From a virus (lineage: Duplodnaviria > Caudoviricetes): DNA of 37,314 nt. The notes beneath the pieces were generated by a model. It did no database searches. It had not been told where the DNA came from and was given only the letters and a program-made list of their open reading frames with translations. Position numbers and translations under genes: made by a program. The number at the start of each line of letters is the position of its first letter. The first letter of the stretch is position 1. Below are positions 27,372 through 35,188 of the stretch, piece after piece. The stretch covers positions 1-37,314 of the IMG/VR virus record IMGVR_UViG_3300049827_000308, one strand, 5' to 3'.

Positions 27372-27730
27372 GCCTGTCCCCTCCGTAAGATACGCTGTGT
27401 GGGCGGCAGTGCGGAAAACAGCGGGTCGAGATCTTGAGCGCTCGAGACAATCAGGGCAATGGCTCCGGCTGAATTCAGTGCAGCCAGTTCGATCCTCTGC
27501 TTCGGACCGATCCTCCCGTTTCCGTCCGGGTTTTTGAACTCGAGCGCCACGAATCTCCCGTCGATGCAGATCAGTCTGTCCGGGATTCCGGACCGCGATC
27601 CCAGTCCGCCCGGAAACGCCGTCTCCCACATCCGAGATCCGTAGAGCGTGCGCAGTTGGCGCATTACGGCCGAGGCGAAGACGGCCTCCGGCTTCCTGTC
27701 CTTCTGACGCTGGAACACAGCTCTTGCCAT
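27368..27730 (-). CDS. VRR-NUC domain nuclease / Holliday junction resolvase-like
   Basis: PD-(D/E)xK motif GIPDRLICIDGRFVALEFKNPDGNGRIGPKQ. Confidence 0.85.
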   Translation of the reverse strand: MARAVFQRQKDRKPEAVFASAVMRQLRTLYGSRMWETAFPGGLGSRSGIPDRLICIDGRFVALEFKNPDGNGRIGPKQRIELAALNSAGAIALIVSSAQDLDPLFSALPPTQRILRRGQA

Positions 27731-28323
27731 CAGCTTGCCTCTCTCACGAGTGATTCCACCAGGCTTCCAGCAATTGCTCCGATGTTTCCTCGCAGCTTGG
27801 CTCTATCTGCTCTGCCGGCTATTTTGACTCGCTCAACCGGCACGTCGTAATTCAGCGCGGCGTTTTGCTGCTCGTGGAGGCCTATCAAGCGGGTTTCTTC
27901 TCCACCGTGCCCCAGGGCGGAGTATGCCTTGAGAAACTCCTGGCGCCTGAAGTGCAGCTCACTGATCGGCCACAGGCACACCTCGTTCCACCCAGCCATG
28001 GATTGAACGACGCGGACTATCTTCGGGTCGTCGAATTCAGGGCTCCCATAGGCTCCAGCACGACGCACTGCCTCCTGGAGTTTTTCCCACGCAGTGAGGG
28101 CCTTGTCCTCTTGCTTGCCTTGAATCAGCTCGACGAGCTCCACGGGCTTCGGGAAAAACTTCAGCGTGGAGCAGGCCTCCATCATTGCACGCTCAACGGC
28201 GTCGTCATCGAATCCAGCCAGAGCATTTCGGTAGGCCATGATCCGAAACTGCGACAGCTCCGGCTCGCGAAACACCTCGACCAGGCCCAGCATGTTTCGC
28301 AGAAAACGCTCCGTGTCTCTCAC
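27730..28323 (-). CDS. Replication-associated protein (helicase loader/inhibitor-like N-terminus + DUF6475-like domain)
   Basis: GTG 28323 overlaps the initiator stop. FFPKPVEL..AWEKL..GAYGSPEFDDPKI..MAGW. Confidence 0.7.
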   Translation of the reverse strand: MRDTERFLRNMLGLVEVFREPELSQFRIMAYRNALAGFDDDAVERAMMEACSTLKFFPKPVELVELIQGKQEDKALTAWEKLQEAVRRAGAYGSPEFDDPKIVRVVQSMAGWNEVCLWPISELHFRRQEFLKAYSALGHGGEETRLIGLHEQQNAALNYDVPVERVKIAGRADRAKLRGNIGAIAGSLVESLVREAS

Positions 28324-29231
28324 TTCGCTTTCCTCTCCATCTCGAGGATTGCAGCCATATTTCTGGCCGTTGCTTGCCCGGCGCGCGAAAGCACGCCATC
28401 TCCCCGATACGTCTCGGCAGGTGGACACCTGGCCGTTCCATTCCCGTTCTGGGTCCTGTTTAGCCAGTTGGTCAGGAACCGATACCAGTTGCTCTTTCGC
28501 CTCTCTGGGTTTGCCTTGACCCACTCCGCTGCCCTGAGTAGCTCCGTTGAGACGCAACATGCAGGATAGGCCTTGGCTAGAGCGTCCATATCCTGCTGCG
28601 TAATGCCGTGCCACTCGAAGGTTGTGGGGTCAAGCCTGACCCGCTTATGCGGGACAACCGTCTCAGCGTCCCGCCTCGCGTGCGCGTGATCGCCCGTGCC
28701 CGCGTGCGCAAGAGTCCCTGGCTGCGGGTGAGAGTGCGACGGCTTTTCGTCGCAGCTCGCACCACTCTTCTTTGGACCCGCAGTCGGGGGTCCGGAGTCA
28801 GGAATGGGGAAAGGGGAGTCAGGAGTCAAGGAATGGGGAGTCAAGAAACAGGAGTCAGCAGGGCCGGAACTGTTCTCGCATGGTGCTAGCATGGTGCCAG
28901 AACTGTTCTCGCATGGTGCTGGTATTTCCGAGGGTGGCTCTTTGATGTGGGGATTCTGGTGCTTTAAAAAGTTTTGTACCTGAATAAACCGTTTCCCCTG
29001 GTGCTCATAGCGAACAATAAACCCTCTCGAGGCAAGATCGAAGAGCATGGCGTCGAGATCGCAATTGTCACAGGGCATCACGTCTATCTTGATCTGCTTG
29101 GGTCGGTCAACGAGGCGTCCCTCTCTATCCGCCATGCACCAGAGACCAGCGAATAGAATTCGCACCAATGGATCACATTCGAGCAGATCGGCATTCCTGA
29201 AAAACCCAGGTTTCAAACTCCGAGCCCTCAC
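28320..29231 (-). CDS. Phage replication initiator protein
   Basis: RARSLKPGFF..LFAGLWCMADREGRL..NFLKHQNPH N-domain, low-complexity linker with DNA repeats, C-terminal AKAYP..W..FLTNWLNR domain. Confidence 0.8.
   Translation of the reverse strand: MRARSLKPGFFRNADLLECDPLVRILFAGLWCMADREGRLVDRPKQIKIDVMPCDNCDLDAMLFDLASRGFIVRYEHQGKRFIQVQNFLKHQNPHIKEPPSEIPAPCENSSGTMLAPCENSSGPADSCFLTPHSLTPDSPFPIPDSGPPTAGPKKSGASCDEKPSHSHPQPGTLAHAGTGDHAHARRDAETVVPHKRVRLDPTTFEWHGITQQDMDALAKAYPACCVSTELLRAAEWVKANPERRKSNWYRFLTNWLNRTQNGNGTARCPPAETYRGDGVLSRAGQATARNMAAILEMERKAK
28867..28920. repeat. Direct repeats inside the initiator gene (candidate origin iterons)
   Basis: GAACTGTTCTCGCATGGTGCT at 28867-28887 and 28900-28920, plus a third GCATGGTGC at 28889-28897. 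Confidence 0.7.
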
Positions 29232-29245
29232 GCCACTCCCCCCTC

Positions 29246-29584
29246 TCAGGCCATCGCGCTATCGGTCAAATTCAGTTGGTAGTCAGCCTTTGAAGCCCAG
29301 CTATTGTGTTCCTCCCAATCATGGATACTGTAACCGTCCTCGTCGCGGTCTATCCATCGAAGATCGACCAGGCATGATAGAAATTTGCCGTTCTCTCCTG
29401 TCCACCTGGCCGCAATTTCGATGTCCTCCTCATCCACTCCCAAATCACCGTTGGGTCGATTCTGTGCCGCCCAGAGCCACAATATTTGGAGTGATTTGAC
29501 ACCAGGTAAACCGAGGCGTCGTTCGAGCTTTACTGTTTTAGGGTGGTCCCAGAACGCGACGGAAAGACGGATATCCGAGTTCAT
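29246..29584 (-). CDS. Stand-alone or truncated replication-initiator N-terminal domain
   Basis: DIRLSVAFWDHPKT..LWLWAAQNRPNGDL..IEIAARW..IHDWEEHN, then a stop. SD GGAGG. Confidence 0.65.
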   Translation of the reverse strand: MNSDIRLSVAFWDHPKTVKLERRLGLPGVKSLQILWLWAAQNRPNGDLGVDEEDIEIAARWTGENGKFLSCLVDLRWIDRDEDGYSIHDWEEHNSWASKADYQLNLTDSAMA

Positions 29585-29607
29585 TGCGCCTCCACCAAAT
29601 CTTGAGA

Positions 29608-30423
29608 CTATTCGCCGCCGTCCAGGACGAGCACGCGTTCGAGAATCACGAGGATCTGATTTTCAAGGGTTCTCCTCTCTCGCTTTGCGTCTTTCTCGAG
29701 CAAATTCAAAATCGCCAAGTCTTCGGCAAAGCTGACAAGGATCGATCCGGATTCCTCCAGGTATTTTTGCAGTCCTCTTTCAATCCTTTTTTCATGGGTG
29801 GATCCGTCTGTCTGTCTTTTTTTCAAGCAGGCCTTGCATGTCGTTTTCATTCTGACCGCGCCATGCATGTACACTGCGAATGCCTGGCCACACCAATTGC
29901 AGGTCGAGAAATCAGGCGCTTCAGGTTGAAGGTCAGTAGTCAACGAATCCTTGACTACTGAATGACGAGCTTCTTGGTCGCTTGTCGAAGTTTCCGGTCT
30001 TGTGCCGATTTCAGCCGAAATAACCGGGTCGATGGTCGGTGGATCGATGGGAACAGGAGGAGGGATAACGATGTTAGACCTGTTTTGTCGATTGATCCCC
30101 GTGATACACGGTGCGCATTTGTCCTTGCGCGACGGGTAGAATTTGACTTCATTGGAGGTCTTTCCGCAACGGTTGCACTTCGCTTCATTCTTGCGCGCAG
30201 CGGATTCTGCCTCCGGATCGTAATGGGTCACAACATCAGCTCTTGTCGTCATGTCCTGTCCTTTTTCAAACCCAAAGCACACGCCACAGATCACTACATT
30301 GTAGTTCCATGGAGGCCTCAATCCGCAAAGCTTGCACAGCGCCTCACCATTAAGTCCGGACCCCTTCACGGATGCCTTCACGGATGCCTCGGAGAGGGCC
30401 TCGGTAAAATCACTCGCTTCCAT
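29608..30423 (-). CDS. Multi-zinc-finger protein with C-terminal Arc/RHH-like helix
   Basis: Probable start MEASDF. Three CxxC...CxxC pairs. C-terminal LEKDAKRERRTLENQIL. Confidence 0.55.
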   Translation of the reverse strand: MEASDFTEALSEASVKASVKGSGLNGEALCKLCGLRPPWNYNVVICGVCFGFEKGQDMTTRADVVTHYDPEAESAARKNEAKCNRCGKTSNEVKFYPSRKDKCAPCITGINRQNRSNIVIPPPVPIDPPTIDPVISAEIGTRPETSTSDQEARHSVVKDSLTTDLQPEAPDFSTCNWCGQAFAVYMHGAVRMKTTCKACLKKRQTDGSTHEKRIERGLQKYLEESGSILVSFAEDLAILNLLEKDAKRERRTLENQILVILERVLVLDGGE

Positions 30424-30586
30424 CAAGTCCTCTCGATGAAGATCCCCAGTAGCTGCGGCCTGCAATCTCGGTCTTGATCCGCCGTTCGTGCCTTCGGTCT
30501 GACGCTGCCTGCCCCAAAGCCATCCCAAACAGGCCCAGCCCAGTCCCAACGAGCCCACCCACGACGAACCATTGCCACCAGGTCAT
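30410..30586 (-). CDS. Small membrane protein (58 aa, below the ORF-track cutoff)
   Basis: Manual translation MTWWQWFVVGGLVGTGLGLFGMALGQAASD.., with an ATGA overlap to the upstream gene. Confidence 0.6.
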   Translation of the reverse strand: MTWWQWFVVGGLVGTGLGLFGMALGQAASDRRHERRIKTEIAGRSYWGSSSRGLDGSE

Positions 30587-30945
30587 GACCCACCATCCTT
30601 TAATTGAAGAGCCGACACCGCCAGAGTACCCCTCTGGAAACCTTGTTGATCACCCCGGCCACAGCCCCGACGCTTGTGGCACAATTGCCTGAAAGAACGA
30701 ACGGCGTCGGCTCGGAGCGCCGCCAGGCAGGATCCGAGAGCAAACAAGGGGGAGGAGCTGCTCGGCATGGCGGCGTTCCCAACCGGCGCACGGAGGACCG
30801 AAGGTCTTCGGACGGGCCTCCCGGTGATGTGACGTCTCAGCGTCATCACCTGACAAAGCGGACACTCGTCTCCAAACTCACATGACCAGGCGTGCCCCAT
30901 CTTGCATCGCGACAACGAAAACGGTCCGGCCAACGCATCCTTCAT
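30583..30945 (-). CDS. Hypothetical Cys-containing protein
   Basis: ATG 30945 with SD GAGG. CKMGH..CPLC motif. Stop overlaps the next start. Confidence 0.5.
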   Translation of the reverse strand: MKDALAGPFSLSRCKMGHAWSCEFGDECPLCQVMTLRRHITGRPVRRPSVLRAPVGNAAMPSSSSPLFALGSCLAALRADAVRSFRQLCHKRRGCGRGDQQGFQRGTLAVSALQLKDGGS

Positions 30946-30967
30946 CGTGAATCCTCGCATCGCTGAG

Positions 30968-30996
30968 AAGGCCCCCGGCAGGGCAACCAGGGGCCT
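30968..30996 (-). terminator. Hairpin, possible weak early terminator (tR1-like)
   Basis: Minus strand AGGCCCCTGG-TTGCCCTG-CCGGGGGCCT followed by TCTC. Confidence 0.4.
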
Positions 30997-31234
30997 GTCA
31001 CCTCATCCTAAACTCTCGACATGGGTTGCGCGTTTTAGAGTGAGTCGCGCCCCTCGGCGAGTGTCGGGTGGGGTCATGGGAGAATCCCTTATCCATCAAT
31101 AGGATATCAAAGGTGCGGTTAAGGATCCGTCATATAAGCGTATGACAAACGTCAGAATCTTTTCCGAAAATCTAGCCGAGACATCCTTGCTGCATGCTGT
31201 TTTGCGGGTGAACCGTTCCGAAAAACGTATGACA

Positions 31235-31435
31235 TCATTCTGACTGAAGTATGAAGTCCTCATCCACTACCCTGTCCAGGAGAGTAGGACACGATCTGAT
31301 CTGTGGGACGGCCAGCAACAATGAGAGCCGGATCAGCTTTGAAACATCCGTGTCCAGGTCGATCACCTGTCGCCCAAGCCAGTCGTGAAAACGCTCGTCA
31401 AGTCGAACGGAAATGAATCCCATCTTTTTTGCCAT
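31235..31435 (-). CDS. Small ribbon-helix-helix-like regulator (cII position)
   Basis: MAKKMGFISVRLDERFHDWL..DVSKLIRLSL, SD AAGGAG. Confidence 0.6.
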   Translation of the reverse strand: MAKKMGFISVRLDERFHDWLGRQVIDLDTDVSKLIRLSLLLAVPQIRSCPTLLDRVVDEDFILQSE

Positions 31436-31465
31436 GACTCCTTCCTTCGCGGGAGGGAGATGCGC

Positions 31466-31681
31466 TCAGTTCTGACCCGAGGCGGCCCGGTGCGGTCGCT
31501 GGGATTGAGAGGCCGTTGAAGTGCGTATCACAAGCTCCAGATAACGCTTGGCAAGGGGCGGAATCTTATCGAGGGAACGCCACTGCCGATACAGGCGCGG
31601 GTCAATCCCAATGGCTCTGGCCACCCGGCTGTGGTTCCCGTACATCGCTTTCAATTGGTCGAAGATGTGTTTGGTTTCCAT
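31466..31681 (-). CDS. cro: Cro-like HTH repressor
   Basis: YGNHSRVARAIGIDPRLYRQWR HTH, divergent from cI. Start placed at METKH because the pR -10 box overlaps the longer start. Confidence 0.75.
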   Translation of the reverse strand: METKHIFDQLKAMYGNHSRVARAIGIDPRLYRQWRSLDKIPPLAKRYLELVIRTSTASQSQRPHRAASGQN

Positions 31682-31690
31682 AGTGAGGAA

Positions 31691-31719
31691 AGGATAGGCC
31701 ATGACAGCCTATGAGTCAA
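31691..31719 (-). promoter_or_regulatory. pR-like sigma70 promoter
   Basis: TTGACT (31719-31714) - 17 bp - TATCCT (31696-31691). Confidence 0.7.
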
Positions 31720-31769
31720 CAAAATTTAGGCAGGAAGGACCGATTGAAAACCTAGGTCAATTTGGCCTA
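31695..31769. promoter_or_regulatory. Three OR-like operators
   Basis: TAGGCCATGACAGCCTA 31695-31711, TAGGCAGGAAGGACCGA 31727-31743, TAGGTCAATTTGGCCTA 31753-31769. Confidence 0.75.
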
Positions 31770-31781
31770 ACAGAAAACATC

Positions 31782-32516
31782 ATGGAAAAGCAAGGAATCG
31801 ATGTACAAATTGGAGAGAGAGTCACCAATCTGTTGAAAGAAAGGGGACTCAAAAAAAGGCCATTCGCATTGTCGGTTGGATTGGATGATGGACAATTCCG
31901 CCATTTGATAGCCGGGAGAATCAGATGGAATACGTCTCACTTAAGTAAAGTGGCAGAAGGTCTCGGCATTTCCCCAGCCGATCTTCTTGAGGACCGACCG
32001 CGCCAAATCGTCTATCAATCTCCCCCCTCTCTCCAAATCCAAAAGGTAGACCGCTTCAAGCGCTTCGACGAGACCTTCGCGCCAGAATCCTACATCCCGA
32101 TCCGACTCCTGGAGGGAGCTGCGGCAGCGGGATCTCCAACGGAAGTCCTTGACTATGAGCTCGAAAATGCTCAGTGGGTGCTGATTTATGCCTCGCGGGA
32201 ATGGATGCCCAACGACCCTGAAGATTACACGTGCATCAAGGTGTCAGGGGAAAGCATGTGGCCTATCCTGTCGAACGGGGACATCGTGGCGGTGGATCAC
32301 GCGGTGAAAGATCCGGTGGCGCTTGACGGAAAGATGGCAGTCTTCAAGATCAATGGAGGAGTAACCATCAAGTGGCTGAAGTTCATGCGGGAACAAGGGG
32401 TAGTGGTCGGTGTTCCCGAGAACCGGGATGAGCTGGACCACGTGGTGACTTTGTCGGGTGACCAGATCAACACGGGGATTGTCGGCAAGGTAGCCTGGTG
32501 GTGGTCGAAGAGGTGA
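31782..32516 (+). CDS. cI: CI repressor (XRE HTH + S24 autopeptidase)
   Basis: HTH N-domain, AAAG cleavage site, catalytic VSGESM serine and VTIK lysine. Start moved to MEKQG (ORF track gives 31701). Confidence 0.9.
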   Translation: MEKQGIDVQIGERVTNLLKERGLKKRPFALSVGLDDGQFRHLIAGRIRWNTSHLSKVAEGLGISPADLLEDRPRQIVYQSPPSLQIQKVDRFKRFDETFAPESYIPIRLLEGAAAAGSPTEVLDYELENAQWVLIYASREWMPNDPEDYTCIKVSGESMWPILSNGDIVAVDHAVKDPVALDGKMAVFKINGGVTIKWLKFMREQGVVVGVPENRDELDHVVTLSGDQINTGIVGKVAWWWSKR

Positions 32517-32521
32517 GCTGA

Positions 32522-33388
32522 ATGCCTCTCATCGAAAAGCATGAAATCGTATTGCAGGTTTCCGGGCCGGAGTTCGAAAAGCACTGGCCTATGCGGGACA
32601 TCACCCGAATTTTCACGCATCTTCAAATCCTACTGGACAGCTCGTTCTCTACCATCTACCATATTCCGAGACACCAGGTTCAAAAGCACCTCCTGGTCAA
32701 CATCCGGGAGGTGGAGCGCGGATCGTTCCGAACATCGCTGGAGTTGATCATGGCCACCGTTCAAATAAGCATGACCACGGTTTTACTTCAGTCCGGACCC
32801 AAGGAAGCATGGCAGCTCATGAAGGATGCCTACATGTATTTGAAGGCGTCGTTCACATTGGCTGACGAAGGGAAGATCCCCGAAGTCACCGTTGATCCGT
32901 CTGCGCCAGGGGTTGTCTTGAACGGGAACCGGATCACCGTAAGCGGAGGAATTCACTACCACGCACACTCCTGCGAGAACACCTACAAGAAGCTCACGAA
33001 GATGGTTGACGGGAGATCAATCGACCGAATTTCCCTTCTTGATACGGATGAACCATCGGAGCCCATCTCCATCGGGGCAGCCGAACGGGAGCTTTTCAAC
33101 CCCAAGGTGAGGATAGCCAAGGACCCTGTTGAGGCAACCGCGAAAATTTATGCCTTCAACGTTTACGATTCCGCCGGCCGGCTGGAGGTAATCGAGTCGG
33201 ATCATGTGCCAAACAAGACTTACCACTTCGTGGCCCAGGACAAAAACAGCATCGAGCAGTATGTGCATGCTCTGTTGGATGAGCCCGTGAAGGTGTTTGC
33301 CTTGAAAGAAGTCGAGGTCAGACCGAATGGTGTTGAGAGGGTGGTAAAGCTGATCGTGTACCGTGTGGAAAAAATGGGACAGGTTTAA
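32522..33388 (+). CDS. Uncharacterised 288-aa protein co-transcribed with cI
   Basis: Starts 5 bp after the cI stop, SD GAGG. No motif recognised. Confidence 0.75.
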   Translation: MPLIEKHEIVLQVSGPEFEKHWPMRDITRIFTHLQILLDSSFSTIYHIPRHQVQKHLLVNIREVERGSFRTSLELIMATVQISMTTVLLQSGPKEAWQLMKDAYMYLKASFTLADEGKIPEVTVDPSAPGVVLNGNRITVSGGIHYHAHSCENTYKKLTKMVDGRSIDRISLLDTDEPSEPISIGAAERELFNPKVRIAKDPVEATAKIYAFNVYDSAGRLEVIESDHVPNKTYHFVAQDKNSIEQYVHALLDEPVKVFALKEVEVRPNGVERVVKLIVYRVEKMGQV

Positions 33389-33930
33389 GCCCCTGATATA
33401 GCCCTGCACAGCTCCCTGTCGTTCATCACCGGCTCGAAGAATGGATCATCCCGGGCATCGTTTCTCGATGACGGATCGATCTTGATGGCCTCGATCAGGT
33501 ATTTCACGCAAAGATCGTGTTCTCCCCTTCCCAGGTGGGCTCTCGCCAGATCGAAGTATCCCTCCTTGTCCTTGGGTCGGTGAATGGTTGCCTCCCTGAA
33601 GGCATCGAGGGCCTGCTGGATGTTCCCTTTTTCGAGATAGGCATAACCGAGAGCATTGTATCCATTGAACACGCCAGGCGAGATTTCAACGGCGCTGGAG
33701 AGCAGCTTTATTTTTCGGTCGATGTCCGAGATGGTATAGCTGGCGATGATGCGCTGTGAAGCCTTGTGCGTGCGGAAGATTTCTTCCTTGAAGTCCTCCT
33801 TCACCTTGGCGAGATCCTGGCGAAGTTTCGAAAGCGCCCGGTATTCAATCAGGGCCAGCACCAGGAAGAGCACCCCGATGCAGGCAATCAAAACGTTCAA
33901 ACCGGTCAAAATGAAGTTTCCGTGCTCCAT
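33385..33930 (-). CDS. Membrane-anchored TPR protein
   Basis: N-terminal TM helix and coiled coil. TPR motifs YNALGYAYLEKGNIQQALDAFREA, YFDLARAH..AIKIDP. Confidence 0.8.
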   Translation of the reverse strand: MEHGNFILTGLNVLIACIGVLFLVLALIEYRALSKLRQDLAKVKEDFKEEIFRTHKASQRIIASYTISDIDRKIKLLSSAVEISPGVFNGYNALGYAYLEKGNIQQALDAFREATIHRPKDKEGYFDLARAHLGRGEHDLCVKYLIEAIKIDPSSRNDARDDPFFEPVMNDRELCRAISGA

Positions 33931-33951
33931 GGTTGTTACTCCCGATAGCTT

Positions 33952-34209
33952 CTATCCCGCAACGGCTTTCAATTCCTCTCGGATCACTCGCCGCAGAGTC
34001 CTCTCCAACACACCATCCTGGTCGGTGATGTACTGCCGCAGCGCATCGTTTATCATTGCCTGGTAGCTCCCTCCACCAGCATCTTCAACCTTCTTTTTGA
34101 ACCACTCCAGGAGGTCCTCGTCGATTCGGATCGTGATCCGGGTCTTACCGGGAGGCATCGGGATTACAGGCCCTCGTCTTCCCTTGCTGAAATCGTAATG
34201 GTCTTTCAT
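33952..34209 (-). CDS. brnA: BrnA-family (CopG/RHH) antitoxin, orphan
   Basis: YDFSKGRRG..KTRITIRIDEDLLEWFK..YQAMINDALR. No BrnT toxin adjacent. Confidence 0.8.
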   Translation of the reverse strand: MKDHYDFSKGRRGPVIPMPPGKTRITIRIDEDLLEWFKKKVEDAGGGSYQAMINDALRQYITDQDGVLERTLRRVIREELKAVAG

Positions 34210-34524
34210 CTAAAGCATCACCTCTTTCAATACCTCCGGCTTCATGTCGGCGATCCTGATCAGTGTCTTTGAAGCCCCTGAAGGCTCCCTTCTTCCCTGC
34301 TCCCACTGCTGTAAGGTGCGGATCGAAACCCCGAGCAGCTCGGCAAACTGAGCCTGTGAGAGACCAATCTTCATTCGAGCCCTGGCCGAGGCCGTCTTGG
34401 GCTCCAACACATACCGCTTCCCTCCACCGGCTTTGATTTCCCTTATCCCATCAAGGACTTCCTGCCAGATATCTCGTCCAGCCTCATGCTCTTCGAGCGC
34501 CTTGCCCGTCAGTTTACGACTCAT
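34210..34524 (-). CDS. higA: HigA-type XRE HTH antitoxin
   Basis: GLSQAQFAELLGVSIRTLQQWEQGRREPSGASKTL, downstream of the toxin. Confidence 0.85.
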   Translation of the reverse strand: MSRKLTGKALEEHEAGRDIWQEVLDGIREIKAGGGKRYVLEPKTASARARMKIGLSQAQFAELLGVSIRTLQQWEQGRREPSGASKTLIRIADMKPEVLKEVML

Positions 34525-34837
34525 CGATAAATCCTTCCTTGAAAGCCTTCAGGACGTGAGCGGGAATGCTTTCTCTTCTAGCCTTTGAATAAATAGCAAA
34601 AAGCCAAATTTCATCTGGTTTGTGTCTCACATAATAGATCAACCTCAAACCACCACGTTTCCCTGTTCCCGACCTTTTCCATCTCAGCTTTCTCACTCCG
34701 CCAGTCCCGGGAACGACGTCACCAGATTCCGGATGTTCCATCAGGAACGACTGTAGCTCCGCATATTCCTCGTCATCGAGGTATATCGGCAGTTCCCGCT
34801 CAAAAATGCTCGACTCGATGAATGTGTACATGCCCAT
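34514..34837 (-). CDS. higB: HigB2/RelE-family toxin (start 34837 or 34831)
   Basis: FIESSIF..PESGDVVPGTGGVRKLRW..GKRGGLRLIYY..LFAIYSK. Confidence 0.9.
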   Translation of the reverse strand: MGMYTFIESSIFERELPIYLDDEEYAELQSFLMEHPESGDVVPGTGGVRKLRWKRSGTGKRGGLRLIYYVRHKPDEIWLFAIYSKARRESIPAHVLKAFKEGFIDES

Positions 34838-34841
34838 TAAA

Positions 34842-34866
34842 TACTCCATTGGCGCACAAACGTCAA
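34842..34866 (-). promoter_or_regulatory. higBA promoter -35 box and imperfect palindromic operator
   Basis: TTGACG at 34866-34861 and TGCGCCAATGGAGTA at 34856-34842. Confidence 0.5.
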
Positions 34867-34949
34867 CAATCCCGAAAACCCACACCTGCGCAAGCGGCGG
34901 CTCCTGACCTCCCCCACCCACGCCTGCGCACGCGACGAATCTTTTGGAC

Positions 34950-35004
34950 TAGGCGCGAATGGCCTATTTTTCTCTTGACACACTAGGCAGCGGCCGCCTA
35001 TTAT
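34950..35004 (+). promoter_or_regulatory. pL-like promoter with two OL-like operators
   Basis: TAGGCGCGAATGGCCTA 34950-34966, TTGACA 34975-34980, TAGGCAGCGGCCGCCTA 34984-35000, TATTAT 34999-35004 (18-bp spacer). Confidence 0.8.
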
Positions 35005-35188
35005 CTCATCCAAGCACGCACTGAACCCCATCCCCTCTAGCCCGTGCGGCAGCCCAACCGTATTTGCGAATGCGGCGGCACCGGCGGAAGCCGGAGGGGA
35101 TCAATCGGAAACCTTAAGGACCACTTGAGCGCGTGACCGTCCGGGCGTTTGCCTAACGAGGGTAACGACGCGCACGGGAGGACAAACC

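Noticed and set aside
28793-28920. Repeats as a mini-CRISPR array
   Set aside because: Only two 21-bp copies with a 12-bp gap, in frame within a gene, and no cas genes.
14702-31702. Longest-ORF starts from the track (17644, 23972, 26834, 27629, 28614, 30558, 31701, also 9234, 12204, 12665)
   Set aside because: These extensions overlap neighbouring genes or promoters. Internal starts with an SD or stop/start coupling fit better.
35030-35101. Multibranch structure as a tRNA
   Set aside because: No T-loop GTTCRA or D-loop consensus, and no proper anticodon arm.
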